The position numbers and the translations under genes are program-made. This document shows, piece by piece, positions 16,999-25,217 of a stretch of DNA of 32,000 bases (position 1 is the stretch's first letter; every line of letters starts with the position of its first letter). The stretch is from Promethearchaeum syntrophicum. GTDB taxonomy: Archaea > Asgardarchaeota > Lokiarchaeia > Sigyniarchaeales > Promethearchaeaceae. Location of the stretch: NCBI RefSeq assembly GCF_008000775.2, contig NZ_CP042905.2:2880001-2912000 (forward strand), in the 5' to 3' direction. Under the pieces are notes generated by a model, which saw only the letters and a list, made by a program, of their open reading frames with translations, made no database searches and was not told the origin of the DNA.

Positions 16999-17622
16999 TT
17001 AGTATGAATTTCTCAAATGTAAGGTTTGGTTTAAGTATGAAATTGTTTTATCCCCCCAATTATTGATCCGGAGTCTACTAACGCTGCATGGATCAATATC
17101 ATAAGAAATGTGATTTATTTTCTCAAAATCCAATTTTAACCACCAATGAATAATAGCACATATCGCATTTCCATGACTTACAATTATTATTCGTGCCTCG
17201 TCTTTTAGATTAACTTCTTCCATGAATTGAGATATCCGATTGTATAACATTCGCCAGCTTTCTCCATTTGGATATGGAATCCAATCCAATAAAGGTTCTG
17301 TTGGAGAGATATATATTTCTTTTGCTTCTTTTTGGGTTAGATTCTTAGCATCCCCATTTGATAACTCGCGTAATTCTTTTATAATTTTTAGTGTTTTATC
17401 CAAATCAGAATTTATTATATTAGAAGTTTCTAAAGCTCGCGCTAAATCACTAGAATAGAGTGTTATAAAATCTGCGGCTAATGTGGAGTACAGGAATTTT
17501 GCAGTTTTTTGGGCTTGAATTCGACCTTTCGGTGTTAAATGAACATTAGACCATCCACCAGTAAGATTCTTTATCATATGATCCGCTTCTCCGTGGCGAA
17601 CTAATATTATTTCACTCAACAT
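16999..17622 (-). CDS. Histidine phosphatase family protein (phosphoglycerate-mutase-like)
   Basis: The N-terminal catalytic motif is ILVRHGEADH (RHG). The second catalytic His motif is IIVSHGNAI. Confidence 0.85.
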   Translation of the reverse strand: MLSEIILVRHGEADHMIKNLTGGWSNVHLTPKGRIQAQKTAKFLYSTLAADFITLYSSDLARALETSNIINSDLDKTLKIIKELRELSNGDAKNLTQKEAKEIYISPTEPLLDWIPYPNGESWRMLYNRISQFMEEVNLKDEARIIIVSHGNAICAIIHWWLKLDFEKINHISYDIDPCSVSRLRINNWGDKTISYLNQTLHLRNSY

Positions 17623-17777
17623 TATTAAAACATAGATTTGAATTTAATATATAATTTTTGAAACTGTTTGAATACAATAATGATATTTTATCTAAATTTA
17701 TGTTAAGAAAAGATATAGTAATGCACAAAAGAACTTACTAATTGAGGAGAACGATATTCAAAGAAATAGTGCTATAA

Positions 17778-18773
17778 GTGAAAAGATTAATATCATTAAT
17801 TGTGAAAACTTATTATCATATTTTGCCTAATGATCCCCACTTATTTATAAAGAAAACTACTTCCCGCGCTCTTCAAATTCAATTTGAAGCATTTACTAAC
17901 CAAAATTCTACAAATCAAAAATGTTATTTAGATCAACTCTGGAATCTTCCTACACCCCTTAAAATTCTTCGATCGCAGCATAAAGATGGATATTGGAGTT
18001 ATCGCGGAAAAAGAACCAGCTCAATCGATTATGATTTATTAGAAACCTATAAAGTACTCCGTGATTTGATTGAGAAATATATGTTTAACAAAAAACACTC
18101 AGCTATTGAACTTGCTTCAAATTTCTTATTTAGTAAACAATCAGATCTTGGAGATTTTCGAGGAATTTATGGAACACAATTTTCTCCCAATTATACTGGC
18201 GCAATTCTCGAATTACTGATCAAGGCAGGATATGCACAACGCCCTGAAGTGGAAAAAGGATTACAATGGTTACTCAATTACCGTACTGATGATGGGGGTT
18301 GGGCAATTGCCATGCGCACCCAAGAAATGAAATGGGATGATTATATTCAAACTGATCCTATTATTGAACTAAATCGCTCCAAACCGTTTTCCCATACAAT
18401 TACAGGAATGACAATGCGAGCATTTGCAATGCATCCAAAATATAACAGCAACCCTTTGGTTCATGCAATTGGCGAACTGCTTATTTCTCGAATATTCAAA
18501 CCAGATGTATATTCAGATAGACGTTCCAAAGCATACTGGACCAAATTTACATGGCCGTTCTGGTTTTCAGATTTGATGAGCGTGCTAGATTCATTATCGC
18601 GATTAAATTTTGATCCTTCTTCCTCTCAAATTAAAAAAGGATTTGATTGGTTTAGTACAAATCAAAACTCTGATGGAGGTTGGACATTTCAAATTCTCCG
18701 TAATAAAGATAAACAAACCTGTTTTTGGTTAGCTTTTGAGCTGTGTAGGATTTTAAAAAGATTTTATCATTAA
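17778..18773 (+). CDS. Prenyltransferase / terpene-cyclase-like alpha-alpha toroid repeat protein
   Basis: The GTG start follows an in-frame TAA directly. Repeated motifs QHKDGYWSY, QSDLGDFRG, RTDDGGWAI and NQNSDGGWTF are spaced about 50-60 aa apart, as in prenyltransferase/squalene-hopene-cyclase repeats. Confidence 0.7.
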   Translation: MKRLISLIVKTYYHILPNDPHLFIKKTTSRALQIQFEAFTNQNSTNQKCYLDQLWNLPTPLKILRSQHKDGYWSYRGKRTSSIDYDLLETYKVLRDLIEKYMFNKKHSAIELASNFLFSKQSDLGDFRGIYGTQFSPNYTGAILELLIKAGYAQRPEVEKGLQWLLNYRTDDGGWAIAMRTQEMKWDDYIQTDPIIELNRSKPFSHTITGMTMRAFAMHPKYNSNPLVHAIGELLISRIFKPDVYSDRRSKAYWTKFTWPFWFSDLMSVLDSLSRLNFDPSSSQIKKGFDWFSTNQNSDGGWTFQILRNKDKQTCFWLAFELCRILKRFYH

Positions 18774-18837
18774 AACTAGATGAAAATACTATTTAATAAT
18801 TTACCCCAGAAAATAAAGGATATAAGAAAAGATTGAA

Positions 18838-18909
18838 TGGACCCAGAGGGAATTGAACCCTCGACCTCTTGCATGCCAAGCAAGCGATATACCGCTAATC
18901 CATGGGCCC
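18838..18909 (-). tRNA. tRNA-Ala (anticodon GGC), 72 nt, no encoded CCA
   Basis: I folded the reverse complement GGGCCCA TG GATT AGCGGTA TATC G CTTGC TTGGCAT GCAAG AGGTC GAGGG TTCAATT CCCTC TGGGTCC A by hand. It has a 7-bp acceptor stem including G3:U70, the alanine identity pair. The anticodon loop is TT-GGC-AT and the T-loop is TTCAATT. Confidence 0.9.
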
Positions 18910-18918
18910 TTTCAATAG

Positions 18919-18932
18919 TTTTTAATATTTTA
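18919..18932 (-). promoter_or_regulatory. Possible TATA-like box upstream of tRNA-Ala
   Basis: The minus strand reads gTAAAATATTAAAAAc 10-23 nt upstream of the mature tRNA 5' end. This spacing is compatible with a short leader. The background is AT-rich, so support is weak. Confidence 0.25.
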
Positions 18933-19246
18933 CTTAAGTATTAGAATTCACTTTAATTATAAAACACACATAAAACCACCAAATGCTTGATTGTGTGCTA
19001 GATTGCAGAGATTCTAAGTACTTCTATCCCAATAAAAGGTGCAAATATTAAAAATTTTTTCATTATTCATTAGTTCTAAATTTTTATGCGAAATTAAAAA
19101 ATGAAAAAGTTTCAAGTAATTCTGGAATTTAATGATTATTTTTTCTCTATCAAAGTTGATCTGATTTTATAGGATTTGTTCAGTGATTTCACGATATTTC
19201 AGAACCATATTTAATCTATAAAAAAATAAATTAGTAATTGTTGGAG

Positions 19247-19272
19247 ATTGGGTTCGATTCCCCTCGAGAGCG
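19247..19272 (+). pseudogene. Orphan tRNA-like 3' fragment (T-loop plus 3' acceptor strand only)
   Basis: The sequence GATTGGGTTCGATTCCCCTCGAGAGCGG is a GC-rich island in AT-rich spacer with a canonical GGGTTCGATTCCC T-arm core. The 5' T-stem partner bases do not pair. I found no matching 5' acceptor strand (GCTCTCG or CGCTCTC) in the 300 nt upstream. Confidence 0.35.
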
Positions 19273-19511
19273 GTCATTAACTAAGAAAGATCAAGATTAG
19301 GTCCCTGTAATTGATTAAATTAATGAAAAAGATCAAGTTATTTTTCGAGGATCTTTATCATCACTAAATATTTCATTAAAAGTATGTAATATTTCCTTTT
19401 CCTAATATCTTGCATGTGTTCCAATTTTCACTACTATTTACCTTTACATGACGAGAAAAAACATAGAAAAAATTAGTTGAATTAGTAAAAGACCAAAATT
19501 CATTTCATATA

Positions 19512-20471
19512 TTAAATTACTTTTATTACTACACTTCCTACTTTATGACCCTTGTCTGCATAAGCATGAGCATCTACAATCTTTTCTAAGGGATAAATTT
19601 TATCAATGATTATCTGCAATTTTTTAGATTCTACTAAATCTTTTAGAAGAGTTAAATTTTCACCAGCTTCTGCAATTCCAGTTATTACCTTTTTCTTCCC
19701 TATTTTTGAGGTCCAAAACATTTGAATAAATAGTTTAAAAGAACAAAGAATATTCAAGTAAATTCCATTTTTTGTCAATAATTTTCTACATTTTGAGAAC
19801 GAACTTTTTCCAACTACATCAAATATAAGATTATATTTTTGGTTCTTTTCTTTAGTAAAATTTGCTTTTGTATAGTCAATTACTCTTTTTGCTCCAAGAG
19901 ATCGTACTAAATTCACATTTTTAGTACTACATACTCCAGTGACTTCAGCTCCAAATTGGTTCGCTAATTGAGTTGCAAAAACTCCCACACCACCTGATGC
20001 ACCATTAATGAGTATTGTTTGCCCACTCTGAATTTTTGCGATTCTTTTTAGAAAATGAATTGCTGAAATAAATCCAAAAGTAACGGATGCTCCCTGCTCA
20101 AAGCTCATTGAGTCAGGCATCAATTCCAGCTTAGAATTTTCTGTTGCTATGAAATACTCCGCGTATACACTTTGACCAGTTCCAAAAACTTTATCACCTA
20201 TTTTATATTTTTTAACATCATTTCCTATTTCAACGACTTCACCACTTACTTCAGTTCCTAGAATTTTCTGTTTTGGTTTCCAGAATCCTAACATCATTTT
20301 CGATATAGGCCACAATGGTAATTTTCCACTCCTTGCCCTATAATCCATAGGAGTAACTGAAGTGGCATGTACTTTAATAAGTATTTCATTTTCCTTTATA
20401 ATTGGTTTTTCAATTTCTTCTAATTTTAGAACCTCTGGTGGACCATATTTTGTTCGGATAATTGCTTTCAA
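19512..20471 (-). CDS. MDR-superfamily NAD(P)H-dependent oxidoreductase (quinone-oxidoreductase-like)
   Basis: The GroES-like N-terminus is MKAIIRTKYGPPEVLKLEEIEKP. The Rossmann motif is LINGASGGVGVFATQLA. There is no structural-zinc Cys cluster. Confidence 0.9.
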   Translation of the reverse strand: MKAIIRTKYGPPEVLKLEEIEKPIIKENEILIKVHATSVTPMDYRARSGKLPLWPISKMMLGFWKPKQKILGTEVSGEVVEIGNDVKKYKIGDKVFGTGQSVYAEYFIATENSKLELMPDSMSFEQGASVTFGFISAIHFLKRIAKIQSGQTILINGASGGVGVFATQLANQFGAEVTGVCSTKNVNLVRSLGAKRVIDYTKANFTKEKNQKYNLIFDVVGKSSFSKCRKLLTKNGIYLNILCSFKLFIQMFWTSKIGKKKVITGIAEAGENLTLLKDLVESKKLQIIIDKIYPLEKIVDAHAYADKGHKVGSVVIKVI

Positions 20472-20473
20472 AC

Positions 20474-20935
20474 TTAAATTCCCTCCTTAATTGATTGGTC
20501 ATCAATGTAATTTTCCAATAAACAAGCAGTTTCAAAAACAAATTTTTTACAATTTTTAAAAACGTCTTTCTGGTATGCTTGTTTTATATCTTCCTCATCG
20601 ATCAAATCATGACCAATTAATTCACGACAGATTATTGATCCATTAATTTTCCTGAATTCTTCTATTAATTGAGAAGAAATTTTTGCCAAGTCTTGAATAT
20701 TTCCATTAAATTTGAGACCCAATGACATTAATGCACCTGCTATTGCACCACAAACATTTCCTGTGCCATTTACACCGCCTCCAAATGCAGAAGTTATTTT
20801 CATACAATATTCAAAGTCTAGTTTTTCTTTAGCTAAATATGGACCATACGTTGCAAAAATAGCTTGTGCACAATTCCCTCGTCGGTTTTCCATCATTTCA
20901 TTTACCGAATTTATTAATTTTGATTTATTTTTCAT
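20474..20935 (-). CDS. C_GCAxxG_C_C family protein
   Basis: The family signatures are RGNCAQAI, GNVCGAIAGALMSLG, and C-terminal Cys residues (ICRELIG, NCKKF). Its stop lies 2 nt before the reductase start, so the two genes probably form an operon. Confidence 0.8.
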   Translation of the reverse strand: MKNKSKLINSVNEMMENRRGNCAQAIFATYGPYLAKEKLDFEYCMKITSAFGGGVNGTGNVCGAIAGALMSLGLKFNGNIQDLAKISSQLIEEFRKINGSIICRELIGHDLIDEEDIKQAYQKDVFKNCKKFVFETACLLENYIDDQSIKEGI

Positions 20936-21609
20936 ATTTCATACCTGTTTTCTAGTTAGTTTGATGTATCATTTTTTTATATACTATCCATCCGATACTA
21001 TATAATATTACTAAATTATATATGGTATTCCACCTATAAAACGTTTAGTAATCCCAAATTTTGCACTAATTATAACTTGCATAGCATTATTCAATCTCAT
21101 CTAAATCAACAATTTTTTATCAATTAATAATTTTTAATGGTGATTTAAATGTAATTCAATTTTCAATTAAAATCTCTTTTTCAAACCTCTTTCTTAACTT
21201 TATATCTTTCATAATCCATTATTTTATCTAAATCAATTAAAGCACCAATTTTCTACGAAATTTTAGCAAATTTTTTGTGAAAAAGAACACAATGTCCGAT
21301 TACTCCGATAAATTCCTTGATATCGACTTTTTATTTGTAGAGAAGAGGATATTTATCCTTTATCCATGAAAAGAGGTTAAAGTAAAAATCTTGTAATGAT
21401 AATAGATTTTCATCTACTAGTTGATCAATTGTTTCAGAATCGATTTCTGGATTCATTTCTTTAGCCTTTTGTTTTAATGGCCCAAAAACATCTTGAATAC
21501 TTGAATTTGTTAGAATATTATCATACTGACCAAGGAATAGTGAATTCTTCTAAAAATTTCATTTCTGCTAATTTTTTTTCAATAGCAGATTGTGCAACTT
21601 ATGGCCAAT

Positions 21610-22410
21610 TTATTTCGGTAATTGATCTGCAGATATTTTAACTGGTTCATACATTAATAGCGCATCAGATGAAATATCAATCTCATCAACATAGAAAACT
21701 TTCCCTTGAATTTCAGAATTTTCACCAATGTGGACATTTCTGCCTTGAATTTCACCTAATACTTTAATATTATTTATGGAAACTTTCTCTTTTACTGCGA
21801 TATCGCCCATGACTAAGGATCTTTTCGAAAATGGAAGCGTTACGTCATCAGATATCTCAATTATCAAATTCTCTCCAACAATGTTACCCGAGATTTTGCC
21901 ACGCCCTAAAATTTTTATTGTTCCATGTGAAGATACATCACCTTTAACTTTGGTAGAACCTGCAAATAATGCACCTTTTACTGCACGTAGATGATCTTTG
22001 CATTTAAAAGCACCTTCAATATGAATCGAACCGTTGATATTAACACTATCCTTAATGCTCGTCGCACCTTCAATATGAACGTCTTGTTCGCATTTCAACT
22101 TTCCCTTGCATGTAAAAGCACCTTCGCATTTGAAATCACCGTGCAGTACTAAATTACCTTTGGCTCTCAAGAATCCTTCCGTGTGAAGACTATCACATTC
22201 AAAATTTCCACCAATATTACCGAAACCACTGATTTTAATGTCTTGTAGTAATTTACCTGCGGGAATTTTTGCGAAACCATCAAATTGCATAACTCGGGGT
22301 TCAAAATCTGCACTAAATTCTTCATTACTCATAATGAAATAATCTATGTTTTCCAACCTTATTAATGATACTAAAATTTCCAGAGTTTGAGAATATTGAT
22401 AATTTGTCAT
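21610..22410 (-). CDS. Bactofilin-like (polymer-forming beta-helix) protein with an N-terminal extension
   Basis: The 266-aa ORF has a beta-helical repeat region at residues ~60-240 with 18-residue periodicity (VHIEGA at 111 and IHIEGA at 129). An exact 16-nt DNA repeat, gcaccttcaatatgaa, occurs at 22010-22025 and 22064-22079, 54 bp apart. G-x-V/I-x-G-type strands occur throughout. Confidence 0.75.
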   Translation of the reverse strand: MTNYQYSQTLEILVSLIRLENIDYFIMSNEEFSADFEPRVMQFDGFAKIPAGKLLQDIKISGFGNIGGNFECDSLHTEGFLRAKGNLVLHGDFKCEGAFTCKGKLKCEQDVHIEGATSIKDSVNINGSIHIEGAFKCKDHLRAVKGALFAGSTKVKGDVSSHGTIKILGRGKISGNIVGENLIIEISDDVTLPFSKRSLVMGDIAVKEKVSINNIKVLGEIQGRNVHIGENSEIQGKVFYVDEIDISSDALLMYEPVKISADQLPK

Positions 22411-22419
22411 TAAAAATCC

Positions 22420-23052
22420 TTATATAGATTTGATAATTGGTTGACGGAGTATTGTTTTCAACCGTTCTGGTTCCACACGACGAGGATCACTTAAATAAAT
22501 TTCGTGGTGCTTTCCTTCTAATGAATACCCTTTTTCTTCTGCGAATTTATGTATTTTTGCAATAGTTGGAGGTTCATCATCATATGCCCCTAAATACATT
22601 ATTTGAACACAAGTTCCCTCATTATATTTCTCATATCGTAGTTTTGAAAGCAACTTAGGATTTTTGGTTTCCTTTAAGATTTTCATTGCTTTTTTTATTT
22701 GAGAATCTTTGATAAAATCGGGGATTCGAATCATCATAGTCCATTGCCATTTATTTTTATCTTCCATTGACCATTCTTCCATTTTTGGCATATACCATAA
22801 TCCTTCTAATGGAGGAACAACATAATCTTTACTGGGAGATTCTTTTTTAATCACTTTTATCTTCAATGTATATGAAATATTATAAAGAACCTGCACTGCA
22901 TCTTTATATTCTTCCGATGTATTTGGATCACCCACTCCATCTATCATAAAGAACATCATTTCTGGAATTTTGATGATTAGCGGTGTTTTCAAAGATGGTT
23001 TATACAAATCTGGAAACTCCTTTTTATAATCAAGTTTTTTCTTTGCAGGCAT
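22420..23052 (-). CDS. GyrI-like small-molecule-binding domain protein
   Basis: The blocks are DYKKEFPDLYKP, FFMIDGVGDPNTSEEYKDAVQVLYNISYTLK, VVPPLEGLWYM, GTCVQIMYLGAYDDEP and HHEIYLSDPRRVEPERLKTILRQPI. I prefer ATG 23052 (MPAKKKLDYKK) to the track start at 23118. The gene ends 9 nt before the bactofilin start. Confidence 0.75.
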   Translation of the reverse strand: MPAKKKLDYKKEFPDLYKPSLKTPLIIKIPEMMFFMIDGVGDPNTSEEYKDAVQVLYNISYTLKIKVIKKESPSKDYVVPPLEGLWYMPKMEEWSMEDKNKWQWTMMIRIPDFIKDSQIKKAMKILKETKNPKLLSKLRYEKYNEGTCVQIMYLGAYDDEPPTIAKIHKFAEEKGYSLEGKHHEIYLSDPRRVEPERLKTILRQPIIKSI

Positions 23053-23165
23053 TTTTATCACTGTTAATACATTCAATCTTAATTTCTTTCTCAATTTAAA
23101 AGTTTTTAGAAAAACCAATAACGTCTTTAATTATAAATTGCTAAAAAAGGAGAATAATTCTTATT

Positions 23166-24542
23166 GTGGTTTCAACTTTGGAAAAAATTCGAATATTGGG
23201 GGAAAATGGAAAATATGATATCTGTGCCAGCACAGCCAGTAGTCGAAGTGAATCTGCCCCCAATCTTTTTGGAAATTCACCAAAATGGATAGGTTCAACA
23301 ATTTCTGCGGGAGTATGCCATTCTTATGCACCCGATGGGAGATGCGTTTCACTTTTTAAAGTGTTGTTCACAAATAAATGCATTTATGATTGTAAATATT
23401 GTTTTAACAATGTATGTAAGAAACGGGTATCGTTTACACCAGAAGAATATGCTCGTACATTTATGAAATTATATTCAATGAATGTTCTTGAGGGTTTATT
23501 TATATCTTCGGGAATTTGTGGAGATGCTGATGAAACTACAAAGCAAATGTTGGAAACGATAAAATTGCTTCGGTTTAAATACAATTTTCGTGGATATATT
23601 CATTTCAAATGCTTACCTGGAACTAGCTATTACCTGTTAAAAGAAGCGGTGCAACTTGCTGATAGAATATCTGTCAATTTAGAAGCCCCCACAAAAGAAA
23701 TTCTTGAAGAAATTGCGGAACAAAAAAACTATAATACAGATATAATCACACGTCAACGATGGTTGAAAGAGATCCGCAATAATCATAACATTAAAGCAAA
23801 TAAAATTATTTCAGAACAACAAGATAATCAACCTCCAAAAAAATTCGGGATCCAACCAGATTTTCCTAAATATGAACTTGATTCACAAAAAATAAATAAG
23901 AAGAAGGATGAATGGGCAGATGAATGGGGAATAGCTCGTAGAAGCACTGGTTATAAAAAAATAAGATGGGACGGAGCAACTATATTAAATTCGGGTCAAA
24001 CAACTCAAATGGTTTTAGGGGCGGGAAGTGAAACTGATTATGACATTTTAAAACGTCTTGATTGGGGGTATCGAGAGATAGATTTACGGCGTGGATATTT
24101 TTCAGCTTTTTCACCAATTAAAGGAACCCCTTTGGAACGGCGTCAAGCAACACCATTAGAAAGAGAACATCGTTTGTATCAAACGGATTGGTTATTACGT
24201 TTGTATCATTTTCCTATCAAAGATATAAAAGGAATTTTAGCGAGGGATGAAAATCTTCCTAAAGGAGACCCAAAAATACATCTTGCGCGAAATTATTTTG
24301 GTGAGAATGGAAAAATTGACCCCAATAAGGCAACTTATGAAGAATTAATACGAGTCCCAGGTATCGGTTTAACCTCTGCAAGAAGAATAATTCGGTTAAG
24401 ACAAGATAATCATTTGATAAAAACACGTTCCCAATTACATTCAATAGGAGTGATTCTCAAGCGAGCTGATCCATTTTTGCGAATAAATGGACATATTCAG
24501 ACCACAATTGATGCTTTTAAATCAATGCAGGTGATTCAATAA
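23166..24542 (+). CDS. Radical SAM protein of the putative DNA modification/repair type, with a C-terminal helix-hairpin-helix
   Basis: The start is GTG. The N-terminal block is KYDICASTASS..GVCHSYAPDGRCVSLFKVLFTNKCIYDCKYC, with CxxxCxxC given by CIYDCKYC. Further blocks are GLFISSGI, GYIHFKCLPG and DRISVNLE. The C-terminal HhH is YEELIRVPGIGLTSARRII. Confidence 0.85.
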   Translation: MVSTLEKIRILGENGKYDICASTASSRSESAPNLFGNSPKWIGSTISAGVCHSYAPDGRCVSLFKVLFTNKCIYDCKYCFNNVCKKRVSFTPEEYARTFMKLYSMNVLEGLFISSGICGDADETTKQMLETIKLLRFKYNFRGYIHFKCLPGTSYYLLKEAVQLADRISVNLEAPTKEILEEIAEQKNYNTDIITRQRWLKEIRNNHNIKANKIISEQQDNQPPKKFGIQPDFPKYELDSQKINKKKDEWADEWGIARRSTGYKKIRWDGATILNSGQTTQMVLGAGSETDYDILKRLDWGYREIDLRRGYFSAFSPIKGTPLERRQATPLEREHRLYQTDWLLRLYHFPIKDIKGILARDENLPKGDPKIHLARNYFGENGKIDPNKATYEELIRVPGIGLTSARRIIRLRQDNHLIKTRSQLHSIGVILKRADPFLRINGHIQTTIDAFKSMQVIQ

Positions 24543-24544
24543 AA

Positions 24545-25207
24545 ATGAATGAATTATCGAAAAAGAAGAAAAACGCGCGTTTGTTTGGTTTTTCTAAAGA
24601 GGAAATGCTAGAAAATCTTATCCGACATTCCAATTGCAATCGAAATTTGCTTAAAAAAGTCCAAAATACCTCCGAATCGCTTTTAAGGAATAAAGGGTCT
24701 CCATTTGCGAGAAAAATTTATCGAATGTTACATGAAATTTTTCGTGAACTCGAAAGAAATCGCCAATTTACTCGAACTACTCTCAATAATCATGGGGTTC
24801 TTTATGGGAAAATTTCACTTTCCCATCAAAGCGAGGAGGATCTGCTTAAATATTTCCATAATCGTTTTCCTAATTGTGTTATCTGCCTATATAACATAGT
24901 CAAAAATGAAACTATAACAATGAATGAACAAGGGAGATTCCAAAAATTTCAAGAGAATTTGGATGAATGTGTTCAAAAAATCAGTATGAATAGAAAAAAT
25001 ACTCCATATTTTGAGGATATAACTATGAATAATGAAGAATTTTTCCAAGAATTTTATTCTTCTCAATTTATTGAAAGTAGGGAGAATCGGAAATATTTTA
25101 AAAAAATGATTCCGAAATATGCAATGGAAATGCCCGGGATGAAAGGTGGAGTTGAAAATAGATTTAGAAATCATCAATTAGATAAATATATTAAAAAGAA
25201 TAAGTAA
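24545..25207 (+). CDS. DUF4130-type partner protein of the DNA-repair radical SAM (putative DNA metabolism protein)
   Basis: The gene starts 2 nt after the radical SAM stop. The blocks ARKIYRMLHEIFRELERNRQFTRTTLNNHGVLYGKISLSH..LLKYFHNRFPN and FYSSQFIESRENRKYFKKMIPKYAMEMPGM follow the DUF4130 pattern as I recall it (..hr..gf.RF...g.y.a.i.p...v...l..hf..Rf and W..y...i.I..R.N..l....mP...W..l.E). Confidence 0.6.
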   Translation: MNELSKKKKNARLFGFSKEEMLENLIRHSNCNRNLLKKVQNTSESLLRNKGSPFARKIYRMLHEIFRELERNRQFTRTTLNNHGVLYGKISLSHQSEEDLLKYFHNRFPNCVICLYNIVKNETITMNEQGRFQKFQENLDECVQKISMNRKNTPYFEDITMNNEEFFQEFYSSQFIESRENRKYFKKMIPKYAMEMPGMKGGVENRFRNHQLDKYIKKNK

Positions 25208-25217
25208 TAACATACGT

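Noticed and set aside
15282-17458. Short antisense ORFs at 15282-15485, 16136-16330 and 17240-17458.
   Set aside because: Each lies fully inside, and antisense to, a longer and better supported CDS (the GNAT, the hypothetical protein, and the histidine phosphatase).
19132-19164. A C/D-box sRNA-like pair: atgatta, then ctga about 25 nt later.
   Set aside because: The C box deviates from RUGAUGA. There are no C'/D' boxes and no terminal stem, and the spacing is too short for a guide sRNA.
20712-21005. The 97-aa plus-strand ORF overlapping the C_GCAxxG_C_C gene.
   Set aside because: It is antisense to a CDS with the family signature motifs, and its Pro/Ala-rich translation is the mirror of the Gly-rich motif region.
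21776-21994. The 72-aa plus-strand ORF inside the bactofilin gene.
   Set aside because: It is an antisense shadow ORF.
22010-22079. The exact 16-nt direct repeat gcaccttcaatatgaa, 54 bp apart.
   Set aside because: It is not a mobile-element or CRISPR-type repeat. It is the DNA image of the 18-residue beta-helix period of the bactofilin (IHIEGA / VHIEGA).
23053-23352. The 22-codon N-terminal extension of the GyrI-like ORF (23053-23118) and the 63-aa minus-strand ORF at 23161-23352.
   Set aside because: The extension (MVFLKTFKLRKKLRLNVLTVIK) precedes the point where family similarity starts (MPAKKKLDYKKEF). The 63-aa ORF is antisense to the N-terminus of the radical SAM gene.
23384-25177. Short ORFs at 23384-23584, 24259-24444, 24705-24899 and 24887-25177.
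   Set aside because: They are antisense or alternative-frame ORFs within the radical SAM and DUF4130 genes.
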